In this document: in pieces, positions 41,801 through 53,800 of the stretch
Layout: each line of letters begins with the position of its first letter
How positions within the stretch are numbered: the stretch's first letter is position 1
Assembly: GCA_002633005.1 (NCBI GenBank)
Contig: NMRA01000373.1
Span: forward strand, 124,001-188,000
Direction: 5' to 3'
Source: Phoronis australis
Lineage: Eukaryota > Animalia > Phoronida
DNA length: 64,000 nucleotides
Program-made: the position numbers and the translations under genes
Notes under the pieces: generated by a model
Databases searched by the model: none
What the model was told of the DNA's origin: nothing
What the model saw: the letters and a program-made list of their open reading frames with translations, nothing else

Positions 41801-44800
41801 AAACTAAGACGTTTGTTTGCAATTCACGAACACACAGAGCACACGACGGCACACATGCCTACATATTTAATGGCAAGGTGTACCATACAGTAGGCTCTGG
41901 TGCAGAGACCGGTCAACAAGAACCAATTGAATTCCTATCATGCACTGATGTGTGACTACATTGTCGGTACAACCTGTAATAAAACCTTTTTTCAACTGAC
42001 AACTGCCATCTTACTCTATGCTGACTTCAGGAGGATCGCCATGAGTGATGTTAAGCTTCTGTGTAAACCATGTCACACGATCGTCTTTTCGTGCTTCAAC
42101 CAATATCTCGTAGGCTTCACCCTCAATCATGTTAGAAGAATCCAGCCACATTTGTCCCATACTGATATTTCCGAATGGTATCCTGTCATGTTCACCCAAA
42201 GGTCCATTCAAAACCAGCAAACCTTGACAGAAGAGTCACAAATTAGCAAAGTCGGGTTTATTTCGAGTCGAACATTTTTAGACACATTCAGTACAAAGTA
42301 CATTCATTTTGTCAAATCACTTACGGGGTCATAAAAGATTGAATTTGTGGCTTCTAATTTTACACACTTATGCCAGTAAGGGGGATTGAAATTTGTCAAG
42401 TGGTCACTGGCTTTAAAACTACCAGACTATAATTTTTCCATATTACAAAATGCTCAAAATAGTTAATTTCAGTTTTGCATTCTTTCAAATATGGAAGTAA
42501 GTCTTAAAACTGACCTGGAGTGTGTAGACCATTCTTGAGGCATCCTGGAGGGAACTGTATAGTTCCATTACAAGGACTCTTGGTAAGATTCTCAGACAGT
42601 GACCAACGGTCACATACTCGGCGACAATAAAACCAATAGCTGATATCTGCTCTTCTCAAGTCTTCATCCACGATATCTGGATCATAGCTGGTGGTATAAG
42701 CATCGAGTGTTAGATTGGTCAAGTATTTCTTTCCAACATAGATGCCCCCTACCATGTCAACATGAAGTGGACTCTTGGCAATGCGGAAAAGAACCTCTCG
42801 CACAGTCCAGATACCAACCTCCTCCAACATCGTCACATTGAGAACAAACTTGTAGAGGCCATAATCCAGAGTGTGACTTTTGAACTTCAACTTCCTCAAG
42901 TTACCAGACTGCAGCACCATGGATTTGTTTTGCACTAGGAAATCCGATATATCGCGCCAACTGCCATCAGATGCCTCCTCATAGACAGACCAATGATAGC
43001 TTGTAGTTAGCTTCCAGCAACTGAGCTCCACCAAGCTGTAGATGAAAAAACTGTGCGAGCGAAAGACAACCTGAACACCAGGCAGGTGAGAATCACAGTT
43101 GGACTGTTGGCAGGAGTTGGGAGTCTTGACGTCAACTTTGGGGAAAGAACACGGTCCTCTGGTTATACCAAACGTACAAGACGATGATACTGAGGACACC
43201 ACATTCGAAATATTGATGCGAAATTCAAATCTGCCAATGCTTTCAAATTGGTTTACCAAAAGCAATGTCTTTTCTTTGTATATTTCGCCATCACTGCGGT
43301 CAGTCATGTTTCCAATTAAGTTGGAAAGGGTTTTGTTGTAATCTTTGATGCACTGCGTGGTGTTACCAAACATCAGAAAACGTCCATTGGTGGTTTTTTC
43401 ATCAGCGAAATCAATGAAGTAACAAGAGCAGGTGCCAACTTGGCTGAAACTGACCAAAAACGTTTTGAGTGCTCCACGTTCGCTTGTTCCTCCACAGTCA
43501 GCTACATTCACTACCACTTTGTCTTGAATAGTTATGTGACGAGAGAAGTTCAGTGCGTGTAGTGGATTAGAACAGTTAAGATGAACTTGATATTCCCCGG
43601 GTGCCTGATAGATGTGACTCTGGATGTAAACTTGCGATGGAGTTGTCCTCACAGAACCATCACCAAAGTCCCACCAACACGACACCTGCGTGCCTGAAGT
43701 GCGATTGGAAATCATTTTGATTGGCTCGTGGGATGGGTAGACACTCACTTGTGGCCCATATCCAGGGTTTTCCTCAAGTTCGTCAATGTAAAATGTTTGT
43801 AAGCCAGTGATTTCAGTGTAGACGGTGTGCTGACAATGTAGTTGGGTGGATGACACTAGATTCCATAACCTGACTGAAACATTGAAGGTACCAGGCTGTG
43901 TGTAGTTGTGCCTAAGATGGAGACATAAATCAACGTCTGAACCAAAAGGAATCCCTGAACAATTCAGAACCACAACTTTTTCTGCAGAAGTTCCGTCGTC
44001 AAAGTCAACAATTAAAAAAGCGTCTGTTGGTAAGCTGACCGAATTTCCAACAAGTAAATCAAATTCGAGATCAATGCTCCTTTCGGGATATGGAAGCAGA
44101 CTTTCTGAATTGCAGCGAAGTTCAAACTTTTCAACCGGATATTCCACGATCACCTTCTCTGATTGTGACAGAGCCACGGATGATGAGCCAGCACAGTTAC
44201 TGGCACTCACATTGACACGATAATGCCCAGGTACTAAATACTGGTGCTGCATTCTAGAGGAAGTCTCATTCAACTTAAACACAGAAACGTTGTTGCCATC
44301 CAAGAAATTCCACGAGAACCAGATTCTGGTACCCCATACTACTTCAGCCACGAGATCTACCTTCTCACTGACATTAATCACATGGGTAATTGGATGAACA
44401 GACAAGTTGGTAATCAAGCGATCAACATCCATGACTGCCTCTAATGTCTTGTTGCTGACAAGGTTTCCAGATTCAACCGTGGTGTTATATGTTCCATATT
44501 GCGTGTAGTTGTTCCTGAAAACCACGGGAGACGAAGTATTGAACTGCACCCTCTGCGAAGACGAGAAATTACGTCCATCGTTAATAGTAAATGTGACATT
44601 AGTTGGAATATGTGTGTCATTGCCACGATACTCTAAGATGAACGATACATCACCAGGTTGCTGAAATGGGATTTCGACGCATTTGTCCATCACTAGGGCT
44701 ATATCTTTAATGATATTCTGTGCAATAACAGTTACCTGTTTAGTGACATTGCTTACATCATTAGAACAATTCAATGACACGTCAAAAACACCATCATATG

Positions 44801-47800
44801 GGAAGGAATGGTTGAAAATGATAGCATCCTGAGCCAACAACAGGTGGCGTGCTATGACATCAGATGAGTCGCCATAGTAAATATCACATGCAAACCGTGA
44901 ACCCCGAGCCATCTGTAATGTAAATTCCATATTTTCAAAAGAGGAGATGACACTATGGCTTGAGGTGAACGAGACATTGGTTAGAGCATAGTCGACCCAA
45001 AGTTCGCCAAAACACTCGATAGGATTGGACACAAGGTTATCCGCTCTGACACTAACATTGTGCAATCCAATGACCTTGTACATGTCAGGACTAATCACAG
45101 CCGCCCATTCCAGATCGGTAACATGACTGACCTCAATTTCCAGTTCGTTAAAAAATGCTTTAAACTTGAAGCCCGCTCCCTGGCTAAATCGTATGTAAAT
45201 GTTCCTCGACTCTCCAAATGCTAGGGTTGACATCTGGTGGAGACTACAGTTAGTCAGCGGTACCTGCACTGGCACCAGCACGTTCCCCTTCATCTCATTC
45301 CACTGGTTGCCGATGGTAACAGTGACATTATAGTCCCCTGGCTTTTCAAACGTATAGTTGACTATATGAGAACTGTACAAACATGCTGAAAAGTAATAAA
45401 TAAATTGTTTTGACCTATCTGGCTTGACTTAAGCAATCAATGGAAAAATTCAACCGTCTATCAACTGACATCATTTTTTTCAGTCTGGAATACAATACAA
45501 TGTTTTTGACGCAATTAACACGATCGTTAATTTTACTATATAAAGACCTGCTGGGGTGCATTTCACAGGGTGAGTAACGTGCCTCGGCGGCATTAGCACA
45601 TTGAATTAAGAAATTCAGCCAGGTTTTATGCAGTATCAGGCCAGCTCAATTCTTTGTGAGGATCGTGAAATTGAAACAAAACATTCAAAACTCGCTATTA
45701 TGTTAAATGGGATGTCCCAAGGTAATAGTTATAGGGCTTGATACAACTTAAATAGTTACGAAGAATAACATACACGGTGCAGCGTAGACTTCCAGACGAA
45801 ATGAAGGACTCTCATGGAACCCAAGAGGCACCATGATAACAAACTTTGCATCTTGTTGGATGACAATTGTTGTACGGTTGCTGGTGTCATTGCTGGTAAT
45901 CTGAAGATCAGTCAAAAAGATAACATCACTCAAACAGAAAAAAAAACAAATGAATATACTTCACCAACATTAGATTGATGTGTGTTATGTATGTTACTGC
46001 TGACAAAGATGGAAGTCAGGGCTGGAAGACCGAAGAAAAAATTGTAATATTATTAAAGAATGATAAAAGGATCCATGCTCACCCTTCTGAGAGGAAATGT
46101 TTTGTACAGAAAAACCGTTCTTAGTCACCATCAATTCAACCTCAGTCGCCATACCTTATCAATAGTTCCTCAAGTAGCTAAAACTAACAATTTTTTATCA
46201 CTGTAGTGGATTTACTGGGCTTGACTAGGGGAATGAAAATAGGGGAATGCGGACAATATTTCGTCCCAAAATCAAGACATCAAGGGCCCTGGATAATCTA
46301 GAAACAACATTTTACAAGTCACCTGAGCGGGAATATAGTGTAAAATACAAACTGCAGTGTAAACTCAATGTATAGCGACACTTGGCCATATACGGCATGT
46401 ATACATTGTCAAGGAAACAAATGTCTGTGACCACCTGGTGTTAGAAGTGTGCATGGTATGAACCGCAGGCAAGGAAGTGTAAAAATCCTCAGACAAATCA
46501 CAATGCAAGACATATTAAAGAGCCTTGTGACACTGTTGTTGTTGTGACACAGCTGCTCTCCACATTCTATTACCGTGAGAACAGACTCGAGTCAAATGTT
46601 TTCCAAAAGCAAAGTAAATAAACACTGATTAACATTCCAAAGCCACCTTAAGGCCGAGAACTTCTAGAAAATGTGTAATTAGCTGTTTGCTGTGGATATT
46701 GCATGACATTTCTACAAACATCAGCACCTGTAGTTAATCTGATGATGGTCTGACGAATTGAAATGTCATACAATATCCAATACAGAAGGTGGTTGTATAC
46801 AGACCAAACACTTTTGTAGTAATAAACTGTAAATTGCAGAATGATTTGAAAATACTTTCTGATAGCATTAAATAATGTATGCGCTAGTTCAACCAAATGC
46901 TGCTTGATAATTACGAGATTACAAATGTGTGAATAAACGTAGTACTATGAAAAATTCCTACTGGTTAAGTCATCGCCAAGGTACCTTACAGTCCTTGAAA
47001 TCCCATGTTAAATTGTCAATGCTCCACCATAAACGGAACTGTGTCAGCCACGATGAGAAGCTATCTCCTTGCACAATGATCTTGTAGATGAAGCTGGAAG
47101 TTGGAAACTGTGCCTGCGTTGTAATTGGGAAAGGTTATATTAAGTAGTAAATTAACAGATAATCAATGAATAAAAACAGACTAGAAAAACATGCGGGCAT
47201 TTCATCAAAACCACGACTGCGAATAAGGAGGAAAAAGAGGGAACGACATATCGTACAAATGGAATTCACAGTGAGTGTTGCTTAATTTATGTTCCCAAAT
47301 TTAGATCAAATGACAGGAGTCCCTTCATGAAGAGAAACTCAAGACTTAAGTCAGATGCTTGGTCCTACGCTTCACACAACTATGTCTGATAATTAAATCT
47401 CACTTGAGCAAAATTGCAAAGCATTTGATAATTTATACATCACTGCATTAGTTAAAGAGTTAATTTCCATAAATTATTGCTCGACTGTTATGCACCCATA
47501 TTTACATGACTGAACCTTTTTTAACAACAGTGAAGAGGTAGCGTATAACACCGAATTTCTGTCTTAAAGTGGAACTTGCATGAGAATTCCTTATCTCTAT
47601 GACTGCTTGGCCACATTAGTTTGAAACACAACACATAACGACGATGTGAACCTGAAGTAGGTTGAAATTGCCAAATGTTTTTAAAAATTAGTTTCGTGGC
47701 AAAAATGATCCTTCACCAATCCGGTAAGTATCGTCACTTGGTGCTGAGGAATAACACTGCATGATTCAGGCTATGTTAGCCTAAAAAGTATATCATACGT

Positions 47801-50800
47801 TCAAAAGTCAGCTATTTGTAGAATTTTTCGTTTTCACGTTTACAAGCTCTCAAGGAATACAACTACACTTTATTTAGTGTAGATTATGCTACAGTAGCAT
47901 TGTCGTTTTGTTCCTGCTACGCAATCGCATAGTTAGCACCATGCAAATACATCTTTAAATCTTAAGTCACTATAAAACAGTTCCCATGTGACATATGCAA
48001 CTTATTCCACAAACAAAAGGCAGTAATGTTGAACTATAGTGCAGTCCAAACAGCTCTCTAAAACCAACCAATCCATTGTTTGAAAAGATGCTTTACCCCA
48101 GTCCTGGATGCAGTCAGCTCTCTAAAACCAACCAATCCATTGTTTGAAAAGACGCTTTACCCCAGTCCTGAATGCAGTCAGCAACTATATTATGTCTATC
48201 TTCAGTAACAACCACATAATTATCTGATCGTTACAGTAAATCCTTCCAAATCCTTGACTTTATTGGCTGCCTGGTAACTCCGATCGACATAACGTGAGCA
48301 GACAACAGAGAGTTTTTCAACTACCCAGGACAAAATGCTAGATCATCACAGGTCTGGCACTTGTTTACTGCTAAGTGGACTGCAGCAATTCAGATCAATT
48401 GCCTTGCACATGGGCACAAAACACAACTGCAGCAGCCAGGGATTGAACCCACGACCTTTCCGTTATGAGCCCCCAACACACTAACCACTGAGATATATTG
48501 GCTATGCTACCTGCTTGTGATTATGAACTCATCACTGGTGCCAGTTGATTACCTTTAATGAGGTGTTCAGTGATGACGACAGGTGGAACACAGGTGGCTG
48601 ACTGAAATTGCAGCTCACTTCTTCAAGGAAACTATGTCCTGAACTCGTCACGATGGAAAGCTTCGACTTGGGCATTACATCACCAGCATCAGCTGGAATC
48701 AAAGGTGAGAAATGTGTGTCAAGGCTCACTCAAATTGACATGAAAGACATTTTCTCGACTGACAACAACAAGGAAAATAACAGAGTATTTCTAATAGCCG
48801 ATAAAAATTAATTTTGATTCATCACTACAAAATTCGTTTCAACTTGTTCCTTACTCAAATGGGAAGTTTTCTTTGGTTTCCAAGGAACTGACATTTTGTT
48901 GTTTCTCAAGGCCACACACAGCAAAAGTGACATGACATGACAAGCCAATGGGATACTTTCAGGAAGTTACTCTGTCTTTCCAGCGGGTGGCATCGGGAAC
49001 TCATTGACTTCATGAAAAGACCCCTACAGTGTATTTGATTACATGGAATGTGTTTAAAACAAAAGTTACAAAATGCCTCCTCGTCATCTAGGGCCCACTG
49101 GTATCTGTTCCCATGTGACCAGTCACCAAGTTGCTATTTGAAAGTCTCCAATTTGTAGAGCCTGGACCCAAGCCATAACAAAATGCCGGTTCTTACCAGA
49201 GCTGGAAATCATGCCTATCTTGACAATGGGGAGTTTTAATATCTATTTCATAATCTTTATGGAAGGTGGTTTAAATAAAAACATCGTGACAGAAGGTGGG
49301 TTTAGAGCCATTTGAACAAGAGCAACGCAGAGCGCTGAAATGCACCCACGAATGCATCGCTACCGGTGTCCTTCTGGGGATGTATATTTGTATCACAAAA
49401 ATGGCCACTAGATGGCACTAAATACATCGAATCCATCAGAAAACGGGAACATGCCACCACTTCTTTAATAGAAAGCTAATAAAAAATTTCATAAAAATCT
49501 GTCAAGGAACTTCAGAGAAGCAAAGAAAAACAGAAAAAATGAAATTACCACAAGGGGGCACAGCGTTTGCCGGATTCATCTGAAAGCCATCCTCGTCCGT
49601 TGTCAACTTCAATTACTAAATTTAGTAAAGATCTTGCAGTAGGGAGATACAGCTGTGAGCGCAAAAAAGCAAAACTGCCACTAGGAGGCACCACAGCAGT
49701 CGAAGTCCTTGGAAAATCGTAGTCATCCGTCCTGTCCATAGTAAGAACAAACATGCCAATTTTCACAATCATTTTTGGAGTGGTTTGGTTGATGGAGGGG
49801 TGGACGCCAAAAACGGACTCGAAAACAGAAAAAATGGCCACTAGGAGGTGCAAAATGCCTTGAATCCACCAGAAAATGAGAGGATACCGTCATCTCAGTA
49901 ATATATGCCTATGTGCCAAATTTCAGGAAAATTGGTTGAGGACCTTTGAAGATACAGAGGTAAAGTTAACTGGCATTAGGGGCACAGCAGTATTTGGGAT
50001 CCATCTGAATGTCCTCGTTGTCCATTGTCAAATTCATACGTTAAATTTAATAATGATCCTGCATAGTGTTAAGGAGATACAGCAATGAGCACAAAAAAAC
50101 TGCCACTAGGAGGCGACACAGTATTCGAAGTCGTCACAAAGTCGTCCTCATCCGTCCTGTTCATAGTAAGAACATGCATGCCAATTTTCACAATCATTCT
50201 TAGAGTGGTTTGGTTGATAGAGGGGCGGACGCCAAAAAACAGACTCGAAAACCCTAAAAATGGCCACTAGGTAGCGCAAAATGCCTTGAATCCATCTGAA
50301 AATGAAAGGATAGCGTCATCTCATTAATGGATGCCTATGTGCCACATTTTATGAAAATCGATTGAGGACCATTGAAGACACGGAGGCAAAAATAAAAAAC
50401 TAAAATTGCAATTAGGGGGTACACCGGTATTCAGGTGGGTCCGACACTCGCCGCCCTCTGTCGTCAACCCCATAGGAACCCACCTGCTAATTTTCAATAA
50501 TATCCTGCACGGGGTTTAGGAGATGCAGCTGCGAACGCCGGACACCCAGACAGAGATGACGTCAATGTGCGACCACATATAAATACGTGGGCATATAAAA
50601 ATTACCTTGTTCATGATTGGCACATGTCTGAGTATACATATGTGTGTCTCAAGTTGGTTACAAGGAACAATAAAAAGACCAATGTTGGCGAAATAAGGTC
50701 ATTTCTCACATGACCTGGAATGTGTTATGACAGGACTGGTTAATAAAACCGAGTACAGGGTATGAAATTTTATTACAATACATGAGCGAATCACAAAGTA

Positions 50801-53800
50801 GTGTAGTAGAAATCCATAGTATTACGCTTTACATTTCAGCGTCTGCAAAACACTAACCCCAACAACCAAACGTGCGCCTACCAAACAATGCCATAATTCC
50901 GCTAAGGTGACAAGGTTATGATGGACAAATTGAGAGCCGCAACTGTACGTACTCCCAGGACGTGCAAACAATTTCTTAAACGGACCCATCTTCAACGGTG
51001 AATTCCTTATCCACGTTCAATCAAATGGAGACGAATCCCAATGTAAGAAACGTGGTGAGACTGTCTAGTTGTGGTGTCTCAAGGCAAATTCAGTGCTCAT
51101 GTGCTAACTGTGTTATTTATAAACTTTTACAACTTCAAAGACTATTTAATTTAGATTCAAACTTGAACATTTATTATGAAAGCTTAATACAATTTACAAC
51201 TGTTCAATTTAAGATAAAACCATTAACAAATTTTAAAAGCAACTGTCTTGAGATTACTCTGCATTGTGCAAAAGTGTTTTTACAAAAGTTGCATCACGTG
51301 AACGTTTTAGACACTTCAAGTTTCTCGGAAAAAAAAGTTTTACGGTACATGTCCTCGGCAAGCCTCAGGCTTTTGACAAAATTTCCAAGAGGTTTTGTTC
51401 GTGTCATAAACCTGAGAGGAGTGTAGGATTCTCTATTCATTATGACAGAGTAGAAATACAAAAATAAGGATAAAAATAAATAGAATACGGAAAAACAATT
51501 ATCTCTGGTAAGATGGTCAATAAAAAAGGCCACAAGATTAATGTTTGTGCACATTTATGTAAATTTATAGGAATGCATGATTGTGCACTCCAGATATGAA
51601 TGTATCATCACCACACAGCATTAGACAAAACTCCAATTAAATCAAATTTTCACCAAAAAATGAGACAAAGTTTAGATTTAAATTAACTCTCTGCAGAAAT
51701 TGATAAAAACTCTGCTAACTCATGTGTTCTACTTACGTTTTGGAGAATACATTTTTCCACTGAACGTTCGCAAGAATCGTGGATTGGTTAACGCGCTACC
51801 TGACTCTAAAGAACACGTGTTGTTGTCATCCATTGATATGCCAAAGCATTTTTCTTCAAGCAAGCACTCTTTAAAGCAACTTTCTGTAAAACACAACAAG
51901 GAATCCATTAGACAATACCAGACCAAATATCAAGCACCGGTTTATTACATAAACTGAAATACAACGGAGTCCGCTTAATGTCATACCCTCGGTTTCGACA
52001 TAAATTACGATTATCATAAGCGAGTTATGCCATAAAGCGGGTTTAAGCTTGATGGTGATCCTAACCAACCAGTGGAGAGACAAATAAGTTTAGTTTTTAT
52101 ACAGGATAGTGAAGATACACTTGCAAATAAGTGGATAGGAATCAATCTTGCTGAATGACAATATCCGGGAACATGACAAGTCATGACATCATGGGAGCTA
52201 TTTTACATGGATTTTTAATGACATTTCATGACAATAATCAGGATATTCCATTATCCGGCATGACCTTAAGTGGGCTCCGCTGTACTGTTACGATGTACCA
52301 ACCACATGCTTATCCACGCCTCCACACTGACAGTGGAGAGAAATGCAGTTTATGAGAAAAAATTCTTCCATGACAAAATTATAGCAGTGAAAGAGAAGTA
52401 GACAACTTGTGAGAAAAGAATTGTGGCAAAAGAACCATGTTATTGAGAATGTTTGCGCAGTTAGTAAGGGCGGAGGAGAGACATAATGATTGGCAGCTGA
52501 AACCCATATCAGTCAGTTTCCCAGTTCCCAAAAATGACACCAGTAAAATGCCAACTCGGAACAAGTAACATTTAAACTACCAACACCAGAAAGAAAAACG
52601 AAAATCTCACCAACTGTTTGATTTCCATATGTCCGCAAGCTGTGAGCCACCAGAGCATGATTGAGAGTATGAGTCCTCATGTGCTCTACAGGTGATCTCC
52701 CCCCATGCGTACTCACTGTAACAGGATCAACATATTTTGTATAGTGCCTTATACAGCAACAACTTTGTCATGTCATAACAGCCATCTTTAAATTAAGATA
52801 CATCAAGACTTCACCCATACACGAGTATTCATATTCGGATGAAGAAGCCATCAATGCACTCAAAACAGTCAATTAAAATAAGTAACCATGTAAACTAGGG
52901 AATGCCAAGTAGCTAAACAAAATCTACATGAAGCTCATTTTGGGTATTGAACAACATTGTACTGCGCAGGCACCACCTTCAGCTCAACATGAACAGACAA
53001 CGTCTGACATGAGTTTACTGTCACAAGAAGTCTATGTTGCGACCTATTTTACCTTACATATTTATTGCTAATTGTAATTGCATGATTGTACAATACTGAC
53101 GAAAGTTCACCAGGGAACATAAATAAACAAAAACTTGTTTACCCATGAACCTCTGCATGTGGTGCGGGACTGTTATCCTTTTTTGAGAAAGATGATTACG
53201 TCTGGTTAAAGGAGAAAAAATGTCACAAAGAAAGGGGAGGACATAAGAAAGGGGGAGAGCTAATGGTGAAAAAACACATGGCCTCAGTTGCGAAAACTGG
53301 ATTTTTAGGTATAGGCTAAAGAGAAAATATTGGCCATGATGAAATTTTCTCAACAGATTCAAAATTCCATACTTTTCATTCTTCCTCGTGCTGTTTAAAA
53401 GCAAATCAAAATATATTCAATACGAGGTTGTAAACTTGTGTTACAGTTCTGTACTTACAAGCCAAAGAACGATTTTGCCCATCTCCGAGATCAATAAAGA
53501 CTTTGGTGTTCGTGCCTATAAGTATTAAAGGGAATAATTTAATAAGAAAAGCGTGAAAATCACTGAAAATCAATTTCGGGATAAATTAAGGTCATCAACA
53601 ATGCAGAGAAAATAGATTTCATGGAAGAATCAAAAAAATTGATTGTTCATGTTAATTCCAAATTTAGAATTTTTCCAAGTACCTTCAATAAGCACTTCTA
53701 ACGAGTTCATGGAATAATCCATCACTCCAATAAGAAAATTATCATATCAAGAAACAATAATTATCAAGTTGACTGTTCAGAAACCAAATGGCCATAAAGG

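Noticed and set aside
43099-44626. Short ORFs overlapping the giant exon, and similar antisense ORFs over other exons
   Set aside because: These are shadow frames of real coding sequence with no domain motifs.
46985-46990. Stronger-looking GTAAG donor 5 nt upstream of the chosen donor
   Set aside because: It gives phase 1 and would frameshift the next (phase-0) discoidin exon.
48430-48497. tRNA gene (also 13789-13848)
   Set aside because: A/B boxes are present but there is no intact cloverleaf, and SINE-like sequence follows.
50998-51426. 142-aa plus-strand ORF as a nested gene
   Set aside because: AT-rich intronic composition, non-ATG start, no recognisable motif.
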